A DNA stretch of 64,000 nucleotides from a virus: the IMG/VR virus record IMGVR_UViG_3300032245_000473, positions 10,077 to 74,076 of that record. One strand, written 5' to 3'. This document shows, one piece after another, positions 47,216 through 55,953 of this stretch (the stretch's first letter is position 1; the number at the start of each line of letters is the position of its first letter). The notes under the pieces were generated by a model. That model was not told where the DNA came from, did no database searches, and worked only from the letters and a program-made list of their open reading frames with translations. Made by a program: the position numbers and the translations under genes.

Positions 47216-48225
47216 CAGCGTTAGACGAACTAATCGCTAAGACCAACAAGAAGGCCGGGGGGACGCTGATCGTGCGTGGCTCTGACCTCAAAGACACGAC
47301 CATTCCTCGTATTACGACAGGGAGTCTGGCGTTTGACCTCATGCTCGGTGGCGGTTGGCCGCTCAACTGCTGGAATGAGGTGATCGGTAACGAGAGTAAC
47401 GGCAAGACCGTGATGGTCCTGAAGACCATCGCTGCCTGTCAGGCCCAGAACCCTGAGCATGAGACGCTATGGATTGCCAGTGAGGACTTCGTTCCTGATT
47501 GGGCGGAAACACTGGGAGTCAATCTGGACAAGGTGGCAGTCGCATCCACAAAGGTAATGGAAGAGGCGTATCAACTGGTCATTGACGCCATCGACGGTCG
47601 GGCCGTGGACGCCGTGGTCATCGACTCATACCCGGCTCTCATCCCTACGGTTGAGGACGAGAAGACCATGCACGAAATGAGTGTTGGTCTAGGCGCACGG
47701 CTTACCGGACAGTTCATGCGGAAGTCCAACAAAGCCCAACGACGGTCATTGGATGAGGAAGACCGCCCCTGCCTTGGCATCATCATCAACCAGTGGCGAG
47801 AGAAGATTGGTGTGATGTATGGCGACCCACGAACGACCCCCGGTGGTAAGGCCAAGAACTTCTCGTACTTCACTCGGGTTGAAGTGACTCGAGATGACTG
47901 GGTGGAGCGTGGTAATTCAAAGGTCGGTATCAGCATCAAGGCCAAGACGATCAAGAACAAGACTGCTCCCCCGCAGCGAACCGGCTTGGTTGACTTCTAC
48001 TTCCAAGACTCCAGCCCTTTCCATCAAGGTGAGTATGACGCTGTCAAGGAGGTGTCATCCATCGCCATCAGTCTGGAAGTGGTGTCCCGTCGCGGTGCCA
48101 TGTACCACTTCGGTGAGCAGAAGTGGCGTGGTAAGGAAGAGTTCTTGGATGCACTCCGACAAGATTTGGACCTTCAGCGTGACATTGCTGACCAAGTAAA
48201 GCGCATGGTGATCCCCAATGGATGA
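47212..48225 (+). CDS. recA: RecA/UvsX-like recombinase
   Basis: TGSLAFDLMLGGG.P, GNESNGKT, VIDS, INQWREKIGVMYGDPRTTPGGKA, KNK.APP. Confidence 0.95.
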   Translation: MTALDELIAKTNKKAGGTLIVRGSDLKDTTIPRITTGSLAFDLMLGGGWPLNCWNEVIGNESNGKTVMVLKTIAACQAQNPEHETLWIASEDFVPDWAETLGVNLDKVAVASTKVMEEAYQLVIDAIDGRAVDAVVIDSYPALIPTVEDEKTMHEMSVGLGARLTGQFMRKSNKAQRRSLDEEDRPCLGIIINQWREKIGVMYGDPRTTPGGKAKNFSYFTRVEVTRDDWVERGNSKVGISIKAKTIKNKTAPPQRTGLVDFYFQDSSPFHQGEYDAVKEVSSIAISLEVVSRRGAMYHFGEQKWRGKEEFLDALRQDLDLQRDIADQVKRMVIPNG

Positions 48226-48532
48226 GAGAATCCTGAAGTCTCGTTCTCAGGAGAAGAGGATCGCCCGGAAAGTTGGTGGCACTCTGAACGCAGGGTCGGG
48301 CAACGGTAATAGGAAAAACGATGTCCGCCAGCGGGGAGAAGTGTTGTGGGAGATGAAGAGAACCGACGCCAAAACAATCACCATCCGAGCCACCGACCTT
48401 CGGGACTTGCGAAAGAATGCCTCCTTGGAGGGACGACTCCCCGTCATGCACATCGAATTAGGCGGTCGTCGGTACGTTGTCATCGAAGAGGACGACTTCT
48501 TGTCGTCAGACTTGGCGAAGGGGTTACTGTGA
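48218..48532 (+). CDS. PD-(D/E)xK nuclease (resolvase-like)
   Basis: QEKRIA...GSG...KNDV....EMKRT. Confidence 0.75.
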   Translation: MDERILKSRSQEKRIARKVGGTLNAGSGNGNRKNDVRQRGEVLWEMKRTDAKTITIRATDLRDLRKNASLEGRLPVMHIELGGRRYVVIEEDDFLSSDLAKGLL

Positions 48533-48597
48533 GTCTTGTAGTGACCCTGCTTATTTTTGCCGCCTTGGCGTTCATCTTCTCTTGGCGTATCCGATGA
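48529..48597 (+). CDS. 22-aa single-TM peptide
   Basis: VSLVVTLLIFAALAFIFSWRIR; GTGA and ATGA coupled on both sides. Confidence 0.5.
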   Translation: MSLVVTLLIFAALAFIFSWRIR

Positions 48598-49577
48598 GAC
48601 AAATCAGCAACAAGGTGTTGGACGCCCACAAGGAATCCTTCAAGGGAAACCAAGGGTACTTGCTGCCCCCGATGCGTCGGTACGTGGTACGGAAGGTGAC
48701 TGAGGATGCCGCCGAGTCCAACCGCCGTACCGACATCATGCACCCCAGCGAGATGTGTAAGCCGGGTTGGTGCCAGCGCAAAGACTACTATCGGATCACT
48801 CTTGGGGTACGGGAAGAACTTGCGGCCCAGTTCAGTAGCGAGTTGATCTTTGCCGAGGGCCACACCATCCACGACAAGTACCAGCGTTGGCTGAGTGCCA
48901 TGGGATTGCTCTATGGAAGGTGGGTATGCAAGGCCGACGGTCACTCGTTCTTCGGTCAGTCCCCCCGCACCTGCCCCGCTTGCGGCAGCGACAACCTCCG
49001 TTACAAAGAGGTACCGCTGGAGAACAAGGACTACATGATTGCCGGTCACGCTGATGGGGCGGTAAATACTGGCAACGAGTGGCTGGAAGTGGATGAACCC
49101 TTCCTTATTGAGGTGAAGTCCATCGGGCTGGGCACAATCCGTGTCGAGAACCCTGAGTTGTACCGCAAGTACACCGACAATGAGTACGACCTAACCCGGC
49201 TTTGGCAGGAGATCAAGCGCCCGTTCTCTGCTCACATCCGGCAGGCCACGTTGTACTGCTGGCTGTCGGGCTACAAGAAGATGGTCTTCATCTACGAGAG
49301 CAAGTGGAATCAGCAGACCAAGGAGTTCGTGGTCACGCCAGACTTCAAGCACATTCAATGGATTCTGGATGGGGCCAAGGACGTGGCCCAATCCATCCGT
49401 CAAGGTATTGAGCCATACCGCCCCGGCTGGGCGAAGAAGGAACACAAAACGTGCAAGGCATGCCCCTACAAGGGTGAGTGCTGGGGAGAAACCGATGACA
49501 AGACAGATCAACCGAAGCCAGTCGCCGTCCGAAAGGCACCAGTTGCCCGACGACGAAAGGCTCTTCGCCCGTCCTAA
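48594..49577 (+). CDS. Cas4/RecB-like exonuclease with Fe-S cysteines
   Basis: HPSEM...C.R; G..IH; GHADG; IEVKS; QATLY; C..CPY...C. Confidence 0.88.
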   Translation: MRQISNKVLDAHKESFKGNQGYLLPPMRRYVVRKVTEDAAESNRRTDIMHPSEMCKPGWCQRKDYYRITLGVREELAAQFSSELIFAEGHTIHDKYQRWLSAMGLLYGRWVCKADGHSFFGQSPRTCPACGSDNLRYKEVPLENKDYMIAGHADGAVNTGNEWLEVDEPFLIEVKSIGLGTIRVENPELYRKYTDNEYDLTRLWQEIKRPFSAHIRQATLYCWLSGYKKMVFIYESKWNQQTKEFVVTPDFKHIQWILDGAKDVAQSIRQGIEPYRPGWAKKEHKTCKACPYKGECWGETDDKTDQPKPVAVRKAPVARRRKALRPS

Positions 49578-50025
49578 CTTTGACATTCCAGAGTTGGACG
49601 GCAGCGATTTGACGATGGTGGCCGACTCCACTCTCATGGAGATGTTCAGCAAGGCCGTGGCATGGCAGAACTTTGCCGACACGATTGCTACTGAGGCTGA
49701 GATCAAGGAGGCGGATTTCGCCGCCCGTGTAGAGCAGGCTGAATCTTCTGCTGTCCTTTGGGCATGGACCAACGCTTCTACGACCGTCGGTCCCCGTGGT
49801 GGGGTGAAGTCGGAATTCACCGCCACCGTTGCAAAGGCGCAGCGTGATACGGACCCTGAGGTAGGGTTGTTGCGTGAGCAGTTTCGTCTCGCCAAAGCCG
49901 CACGTAAGCGCGCACAGACAGTACGTGACAACAGTGAGCGGTTGGCTAACCTTCTGTCCAGAGAACTGTCTCGCCGTATCGGGCGGGACGGTGTTCAGCA
50001 ACGAGCAGGACGGTTCGGAACGTGA
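49495..50025 (+). CDS. coiled-coil recombination mediator-like (UvsY-like) protein
   Basis: Helical; DPEV...ER....LSRELSRR. Confidence 0.55.
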   Translation: MTRQINRSQSPSERHQLPDDERLFARPNFDIPELDGSDLTMVADSTLMEMFSKAVAWQNFADTIATEAEIKEADFAARVEQAESSAVLWAWTNASTTVGPRGGVKSEFTATVAKAQRDTDPEVGLLREQFRLAKAARKRAQTVRDNSERLANLLSRELSRRIGRDGVQQRAGRFGT

Positions 50026-50174
50026 CACGTGATGTCAAGTGCAAGCAGTGCGGGTCCCGTATGTGGGATGACGAGGATGGAAAGTTGTACTGCCCATCGT
50101 GTGGATGGGAAAATGGAACACCAGTAGAGGACGCTGATGGCGAACAGGATGAAGTCCCTTGGGACGCAACATGA
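50022..50174 (+). CDS. 50-aa Zn-ribbon protein (absent from the ORF track)
   Basis: CKQCGSRM......YCPSCG; GTGA coupling. Confidence 0.65.
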   Translation: MTRDVKCKQCGSRMWDDEDGKLYCPSCGWENGTPVEDADGEQDEVPWDAT

Positions 50175-50571
50175 ATCCGCTATTCGTGATTGGCTAAGAG
50201 AACATGGGTGGCCGTTCGCTGATCGGCGCACCCAGAACGGGGCCAACGACCTTGGTGACCTGCGGTTGAGTGAACGCATCCCCTTTGTGGTGGAAGCCAA
50301 GACCGCTAAGTCCACTACTGAGCGAGCCTCTCTTGGCACCTTCGTAAAGGAACTGATGGCCGAGGTGCGTAACGACCATGCTGAGGCAGGCGCTGTCATC
50401 TTCAAGAAGCAGGGAACCACTGATGTGGGCGAGTACTACGCCATCATGCCGGTGAAGTACCTCAACGTCCTTCTGGAGAAGGCATACGGCGAACGGGTAG
50501 AGGAACCTCTGGTTGTCAGGCGTGTCGTCGGCAGGAGAACGATCTCGCAAACCATCCCCCCTACTTCATAG
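50137..50571 (+). CDS. Holliday junction resolvase (PD-(D/E)xK)
   Basis: MAN..K..GT.HE..I..WL...G...ADRR...G.ND.GDL...VVEAK. Confidence 0.85.
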   Translation: MANRMKSLGTQHESAIRDWLREHGWPFADRRTQNGANDLGDLRLSERIPFVVEAKTAKSTTERASLGTFVKELMAEVRNDHAEAGAVIFKKQGTTDVGEYYAIMPVKYLNVLLEKAYGERVEEPLVVRRVVGRRTISQTIPPTS

Positions 50572-50614
50572 CCTGCTATCGTCTTCCTGTATCGGCATAT
50601 CGGTCGGAGGAAAT

Positions 50615-50911
50615 ATGCAGGGCACCGTTGGTATCACAAAGGAAGAGTTCCTGATGAGGGTGAGCGGAAGCAGCCCTGTTCAGGCTGTTGCCAACTCCAT
50701 TGTCAAGTGCATCTTTGAGTCCAGTCACTTCCCCGTCATCCGTGCTATCGGTGCTGGGGCCGTTGCCCAGACCTGCAAAGCCATTGCCGTCGCTCGGGGT
50801 ATTGTTGCTCCTAAGGGCATGGACCTTGCCTGCGTCATCGGGTTCGACACGATCCGAGGTGACCAAGGAGAGGACATCAGCGCACAGATTTTCTACCTGT
50901 TTGCACGCTGA
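50615..50911 (+). CDS. spoVS: SpoVS-family (Alba-like) protein
   Basis: MRVSGSS....VA.SI......IRAIGAGAVAQ..KAIAVARG....G.DL....GF. Confidence 0.88.
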   Translation: MQGTVGITKEEFLMRVSGSSPVQAVANSIVKCIFESSHFPVIRAIGAGAVAQTCKAIAVARGIVAPKGMDLACVIGFDTIRGDQGEDISAQIFYLFAR

Positions 50912-51594
50912 TGATTTATAGGGCCAAGGTGGTGCAGGGCTATGCCAATGGCTCCTGTCGTGCTGTTGTCCCCCAGATGTATGGGGAAACTGTCATCACC
51001 ATTACCCGATTCGCTGGGTCTACGTACCCTGCTGTCCCTACTATGGGATGGGTGTCGTTTGAAGGTGGAGAGGCTTCTTTCCCTGTGTGGCTAGGGCCAG
51101 ATGCGGTGATTGCCCCTGTTGCCTCTGGTCCTGTTGGGTATGGGGCATTCTCCGACTACACAAACCAGACCACAACCGCCAACACCGCCAAGGCCATGAC
51201 GTTCAACACAACGGACGAAGCCAGTGGGGTCAGCATTGTTGGTGGATCGCGCATCACGTTCGCCTATGCGGGCACCTACAACTTGCAATGGAGCGGACAG
51301 TTTGAGAACGTCGGTATCCAAGAGCATGACGTGTCTGTATGGCTTCGCAAGAACGGAGTGGATGTTCCCGGCTCAACAGGATTCGTGGCAGTCGTGTCAT
51401 CACATGGCGGCATCGCCGGTCACGCCCTGTCCAGTTGGAACTTCGTGTTCACCGTCGCCGCAAACGATTACTACGAACTGTGGTGGTCATCAACCGACGC
51501 TGGCGTCAGCATTCAAACCTATGCTGCAAGCACCGGCCCGGTTCGACCGTCTACCGCTTCGTTGGTGTTGACCGTTACCCCAGTAATTCGCTGA
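50911..51594 (+). CDS. baseplate central spike: gp5/gpV-type OB domain fused to a C1q/BclA-like head
   Basis: YRAKVV...RAVVPQ...GWVSFEGG...PVWLG; then YGAFSD...MTFNT...ITF.YAGTYNLQ.S.Q...VWLRKNG. Confidence 0.75.
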   Translation: MIYRAKVVQGYANGSCRAVVPQMYGETVITITRFAGSTYPAVPTMGWVSFEGGEASFPVWLGPDAVIAPVASGPVGYGAFSDYTNQTTTANTAKAMTFNTTDEASGVSIVGGSRITFAYAGTYNLQWSGQFENVGIQEHDVSVWLRKNGVDVPGSTGFVAVVSSHGGIAGHALSSWNFVFTVAANDYYELWWSSTDAGVSIQTYAASTGPVRPSTASLVLTVTPVIR

Positions 51595-51613
51595 CGTGGG
51601 GTAACATGCCCTC

Positions 51614-51790
51614 ATGCCGTGGTCAGCGTCTGATTCCCCTCACAAGGACAAGGATGCAGACACGCCTGCCAAGCAAAGGAAGTGGGCGGGTACTGCCAAT
51701 AGTGTTCGCCGTAAGGCGATGTCACAGGGCATGAGCGAGGGTGCCGCCTCCCAGCGGGCGATCAAGGTAGCCAATAAGGTGGTGACGTAA
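51614..51790 (+). CDS. 58-aa ChaB-like small protein (absent from the ORF track)
   Basis: MPWS......KDADTPAKQRKW..TAN...EG.A...AIK.AN; leaderless start, TAATG coupling. Confidence 0.65.
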   Translation: MPWSASDSPHKDKDADTPAKQRKWAGTANSVRRKAMSQGMSEGAASQRAIKVANKVVT

Positions 51791-52374
51791 TGGCACAGTC
51801 TTTCAACCAGTGGCAGGGTCGTGATTACCCCGCAGGTCAGGCACCTTTCCGCGCAGCGGAGACGATGGGTCCTCAGCCTGTGGCCCACGGTGATCTGGAT
51901 GCTCTCCGTATGTCATGGCGACGTACTCCCGAAGCCACGTATCCCGATGGATACCTTGGGACGATCAACACCCGTCGGCAGGATCGCCTGCTGGATGGCC
52001 TGAAGCAGCGTCAGTCAAACCGCCCTTACACCCGTGGCATTCACAAAGGTGAGCGAGTTGATGGTCGGGATTATTTCTGGCCTCCCGAGTTCAACCAGTG
52101 GACCGGACTTCAGACTCAAGATGCTGGGATTAGGTTTGCCCCTCCCGGTGTAGGGATGGAACTTCAGTACGAGCGGTACCCAACCGACCGAAAGGTTGGT
52201 CCCAAGCGTGTGCCCGTGGGGGGTCAATCCGACGGCACCGTGCAGTGGGGTCCCCGTCAGCAGCCCGACCGAGTCGGTGTTCTTCGACATCTGGCCCCCG
52301 GTTGGAGTAGCGGTCGTCGTGGTAATCCCGGTATGGCTGTTCCGTACGTTCCGGTCGGTGCGGGCGGCGGATAA
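51790..52374 (+). CDS. conserved phage hypothetical (late-region) protein
   Basis: RTPEATYPDGYLGTI..RR.DRLL...Y.RG.HKGER.D..DY.WP. Confidence 0.7.
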   Translation: MAQSFNQWQGRDYPAGQAPFRAAETMGPQPVAHGDLDALRMSWRRTPEATYPDGYLGTINTRRQDRLLDGLKQRQSNRPYTRGIHKGERVDGRDYFWPPEFNQWTGLQTQDAGIRFAPPGVGMELQYERYPTDRKVGPKRVPVGGQSDGTVQWGPRQQPDRVGVLRHLAPGWSSGRRGNPGMAVPYVPVGAGGG

Positions 52375-52413
52375 TTCACCACTAATCGAATCTGTTGATA
52401 TACCATTATCGGC

Positions 52414-52767
52414 GTGCTGTTGTTCATTGACACCACTCTCGCTGACGGTGGTACCCTCATCATCCTCGGAGCCTTTACACTGATAGGAACACTGTTCGCT
52501 AGTTATATGGCGTACTTGTCCTCTAAGAATGCCAAAGGCGCTCGTAAAGAAGCAGCAGAAGCAAACGATGCTGTAAACCACCGGCACGCAGACCAGCCAA
52601 GACTGTTCGACGTGGTTCATTCAATGCAGAGTCAAATCAGCGCCATGGACCGCAGGTTTGACAGGTACATGAACTCTGCTGCCGACAAGCATGAGGAAGT
52701 CATGAACTACATTCGTGATGTAGATCGAAAGATCGCCCATCGTTTCCATCCTGCTAGTGATGAATGA
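52414..52767 (+). CDS. membrane protein, single TM plus coiled coil (lysis-cassette type)
   Basis: TLIILGAFTLIGTLFASYMAYL; ANDAVNHR. Confidence 0.7.
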   Translation: MLLFIDTTLADGGTLIILGAFTLIGTLFASYMAYLSSKNAKGARKEAAEANDAVNHRHADQPRLFDVVHSMQSQISAMDRRFDRYMNSAADKHEEVMNYIRDVDRKIAHRFHPASDE

Positions 52768-52775
52768 GGAGAATC

Positions 52776-52964
52776 ATGTTGATCCAGAAACTGTTTGCTG
52801 GTGACGGAGGTGCAGCCGTTCGTGCCCTGTTCCGTGCGCTCATCGTGCTGCTCACGGCCTTCATCCTCAGTCTCACCCCAGAGCAGGTCGGTGCCATTCA
52901 GTTGGTGGCCGAAGCGGTGATCGCCCTGCTGGTGCGGCTGGTCCCGAACCCTCCGACCGACTGA
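52776..52964 (+). CDS. putative holin (2 TM)
   Basis: ALIVLLTAFILSLTPEQVGAI.LV..AVIALLVR..V; SD GAGGAG. Confidence 0.7.
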   Translation: MLIQKLFAGDGGAAVRALFRALIVLLTAFILSLTPEQVGAIQLVAEAVIALLVRLVPNPPTD

Positions 52965-52965
52965 C

Positions 52966-53442
52966 ATGGGCTACCGAGGCTCCCACCAGCCTGACACGAC
53001 GGATGACTCGCCCCGGTTCCATGAACTGGACAAGGCGATGCCTAACTTTTATCAGCGGCCCCATGACTACGTGTGGCATCTGGATGACGAGGACCATTCG
53101 ATCACCAAGCACCTCCACCCCGATCAACTGGGTGGGGCTACGCAGGCTGTTCAGCAGGCTTTGCGGGCAAGGGGGAACCCCGATGCACGGGTGATGCTGT
53201 ACCGGGCTGTCCCCAAGGGCGTGACCGAGATCAACTCGGGCGATTGGGTCACCACGTCCCACCACTACGCCAGACAGCACGCTGCCTTGGACGATGACCC
53301 TCGGAACGACATGGATGTTCTGGCCAAGCAGGTGCGTGCGAACGAGATCACCTTTGGGGGTAACGACGCTTACGAGTTCGGATACGTCGGTTCCACAGTG
53401 AACGGGAGACGGCTCCCTCGTTCCCGCCGCCAGTCACGTTGA
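52966..53442 (+). CDS. ADP-ribosyltransferase-like domain (R...E type, polyvalent-protein-like)
   Basis: YRGSHQP...LYRAVPKG...INSGDWVTTS..YARQH...EFGY. Confidence 0.65.
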   Translation: MGYRGSHQPDTTDDSPRFHELDKAMPNFYQRPHDYVWHLDDEDHSITKHLHPDQLGGATQAVQQALRARGNPDARVMLYRAVPKGVTEINSGDWVTTSHHYARQHAALDDDPRNDMDVLAKQVRANEITFGGNDAYEFGYVGSTVNGRRLPRSRRQSR

Positions 53443-53459
53443 CGGAGTAGCATCAGACC

Positions 53460-53486
53460 ATGGGCCAGTCCAAGGAGCAGTACTGA
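53460..53486 (+). pseudogene. 8-codon leaderless mini-ORF MGQSKEQY, relic matching gene 54235
   Basis: TAGCAT-N6-ATG; 18-bp identity with 54361-54378; TGATG couples to 53486. Confidence 0.6.
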
Positions 53487-53914
53487 TGCGCGGTACTCGC
53501 CGCCTTGCCTACTACCACGGCACCTCTCTTCCCAATGCCATGTCGATCATGCAGGGGGGATTCAGCACTGATACCCCGGAATCAAACGGCAGGACGTGGG
53601 GTCCCGGTGTGTACTTGGGGAACACCGACGCCATGGCACGTGGTTATGGGGACCATGTAGTTGAAGCGGAGGTCGATGATTGGGTTCACGACTTCTTGGC
53701 GCGTGAGCCTCAGCAAGAGCATTACGCCGGGGACCCTCGGGCTACCCAGCCTTCTCCGTGGGGTGACCCGCCTATGGAACTGGAAGAAGTACTCAAGCGG
53801 GAAGGGTTTGAGGGAGTTCAGCACCGAACTGGCGAGGGGCGGGACCTAGAGACAGTGGTCTTTGACCCTAAGAGGGTCAAGCCCGTTGCTATCCAAGGTC
53901 CTTCCTTTACATGA
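53486..53914 (+). CDS. ADP-ribosyltransferase (H-Y-E/PARP-like)
   Basis: YYHGTS..NA.SI..GGF......WGPGVYL....ARGYG..VVEAEV...ETVVFDP. Confidence 0.8.
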   Translation: MRGTRRLAYYHGTSLPNAMSIMQGGFSTDTPESNGRTWGPGVYLGNTDAMARGYGDHVVEAEVDDWVHDFLAREPQQEHYAGDPRATQPSPWGDPPMELEEVLKREGFEGVQHRTGEGRDLETVVFDPKRVKPVAIQGPSFT

Positions 53915-54225
53915 AGGACCCGCAGCGTATCCATGAGATGGACCCCGCTGTCTTTCAGAAGACATATGCAGTTGGAGTTCCGTACGCTCCTGCTAACTGG
54001 GACACCATCACCGACGATGAAGGTTTCTGGGAAGGCCCAATGATCGTCCACAAGGGGGAAACGGATTGGACTTCAGACCTCAACGTCTTGCGTGAACACG
54101 TAGCCAAGCACGGTATTCAAGACCCCGTGCGTGTGAGCGCAGCGACCGGAGCAGTGATTGATGGCCACCATCGTGTACATGTTGCACGTGAGACAGGTCA
54201 ACCTGTCCGTTACCGTCTGGTGTAA
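53911..54225 (+). CDS. ParB/sulfiredoxin-like domain protein
   Basis: L..HV.KHGIQDPV.V......IDGHHRV. Confidence 0.8.
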   Translation: MKDPQRIHEMDPAVFQKTYAVGVPYAPANWDTITDDEGFWEGPMIVHKGETDWTSDLNVLREHVAKHGIQDPVRVSAATGAVIDGHHRVHVARETGQPVRYRLV

Positions 54226-54234
54226 CATCTCGCC

Positions 54235-54648
54235 ATGGGTTACCGCATCGCACGTGAGGACTGGCAGTCGCTAGATCCTATTGCCTCTGGTTCAACTGCG
54301 GGCGGGCCGAATGTGTACGACGACGGCGTGCGTACCGTCCCGTGGTACCCACGCCCCGGTCAGTCCAAGGAGCAGTACATCGTCAGCGAAGCCATGCGCC
54401 TCATGACTGTTCCTTCCGACCAGATTCGCAAGATTCGGCCGGTGACTGAGCGACCCCCGATGCCCACCGATGGGTACGTGCGTGAGCCATTGACCATTGA
54501 AGAGATTCTGAACGTGAACCGGTGGGCACCGCAGGTTCGTTCGTGGATCAGTGGCGTTCCTCTCAAGCCCCGCAAGTCCGATGTTCAGGAGAACATGTTC
54601 TCCGGTACTGCACGTAACATCGGTATGACCGCAAACCCGGCTTTGTGA
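54235..54648 (+). CDS. hypothetical late protein
   Basis: Leaderless TAACAT-N6-ATG; VYD...PW...IR.IRP...IL.V. Confidence 0.65.
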   Translation: MGYRIAREDWQSLDPIASGSTAGGPNVYDDGVRTVPWYPRPGQSKEQYIVSEAMRLMTVPSDQIRKIRPVTERPPMPTDGYVREPLTIEEILNVNRWAPQVRSWISGVPLKPRKSDVQENMFSGTARNIGMTANPAL

Positions 54649-55211
54649 TGGGCGCTTATCAGACAAACGATGGGCAACTGGCGGGAAAGGTCTATCGGTC
54701 GCAACAGCCTGACGCTTCGCCTCGCCGTTCTTACTCATTGAAATCTGGACGCCTTGGTGGAGAGATTCGATTCTCTGCACCTCATGACACCGTTCCGTGG
54801 TATCACGGGACATCTGACGCAGCGGCTACCTCTATCGTCAAGTCGCAAAGGTTGGCGGGCAGTGGGGATTACGGGGACGGCGGGTATTTGACATCAGATT
54901 GGGAGTGGGCGCGTGACCATACTTTCAACGATGAGCGCGCCCATCGCAACGACCCCCACGACATGTACTTGTTCCCCGGAATGGTGCAGGCAAATCTTCG
55001 CCCCAAACGTCCGTATTACGGGGGTGGGGAACGTGAAGACGTAGAAAATCTCCTCAAGTCCCAAGGAAATGACGTGTGGTTTCCTCACGGCAGGACGCCT
55101 TCTCGCCCCGGTGATCTTGCCGTCCTCCTAGACAGCAATTCCTCCGGTGCGGCCAAGTTCGCGAAAGAAAAATTGTCCAGTTGGGATTTCCCCGACTTTA
55201 TTGGCGAGTGA
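54645..55211 (+). CDS. ADP-ribosyltransferase-like protein (H-Y type)
   Basis: WYHGTS..AA.SI......G.YGDGGYLTSD...A...MVQANL.P..PY. Confidence 0.7.
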   Translation: MMGAYQTNDGQLAGKVYRSQQPDASPRRSYSLKSGRLGGEIRFSAPHDTVPWYHGTSDAAATSIVKSQRLAGSGDYGDGGYLTSDWEWARDHTFNDERAHRNDPHDMYLFPGMVQANLRPKRPYYGGGEREDVENLLKSQGNDVWFPHGRTPSRPGDLAVLLDSNSSGAAKFAKEKLSSWDFPDFIGE

Positions 55212-55218
55212 GGCGACG

Positions 55219-55953
55219 ATGATCTTTGGACGACGCAATAAGTTTGAGCAGTTGGAACTACTGGACCCCCGTGAAGGCACGGGCATGTCCGATGACCCGA
55301 CCAATGGTCCGATTCGGCGTGGACATATTGCCCGAATGATGGGTGTCGGGTCGCTGGACGACCTCACTGACAAGAAGGACATCCAAGTTGGCAGAACTCT
55401 GGACCAGAGCAATGTCCCGCTTCAACATATTGCCGATGTTGCTAACTCACATATCGGGTTGCGTTACGACAGGAGTCTCCCGCCCGGAGTCGGCGGTCAA
55501 TACCGGCCCATGTCCCAGTTCCCTTCCGCTGCGCGTCTAGCGGGACTAGATACTAGGGGAATATCTATCGGTTCCGTTTCCCCCACTGTCGTAACCCATG
55601 AGTTCGGTCATGCTCTCCATGACGCGACCGTGCGCCGGTTCTCTCCCCATGGTTGGAGGGATTCTCCGCAGTTCAAGACCCCAGTGAAATTTTTCGGCGA
55701 AAGTGAACCCCAACCTGTATCCACCTTTGTAGAGGGCATAGCCGTCGGGTACAGCACAAAGTTCTCTGGTAAGAAAGACCGGGGGTACAGGAGAGTCATG
55801 AAGAAGGCAGGACCGGAACATAATTCTCGGTTCCTGCAAGCCCATGACTTTGTGACGGAGTCAGGGACTGTTCCCTTTACGTACAGAGACTTGCCCCGCC
55901 CGCAGACAGAGTCGGGTGATTCGGACGGGGAACAACTGTCGTTGGGATTCTGA
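55219..55953 (+). CDS. zincin-like metallopeptidase domain protein
   Basis: GGQY...VVTHEFGHALH...EGIA.GY. Confidence 0.7.
   Translation: MIFGRRNKFEQLELLDPREGTGMSDDPTNGPIRRGHIARMMGVGSLDDLTDKKDIQVGRTLDQSNVPLQHIADVANSHIGLRYDRSLPPGVGGQYRPMSQFPSAARLAGLDTRGISIGSVSPTVVTHEFGHALHDATVRRFSPHGWRDSPQFKTPVKFFGESEPQPVSTFVEGIAVGYSTKFSGKKDRGYRRVMKKAGPEHNSRFLQAHDFVTESGTVPFTYRDLPRPQTESGDSDGEQLSLGF

Noticed and set aside
48594-49577. Cas4-like gene as part of a CRISPR system
   Set aside because: Stand-alone among RecA and resolvase genes, a common phage recombination nuclease context
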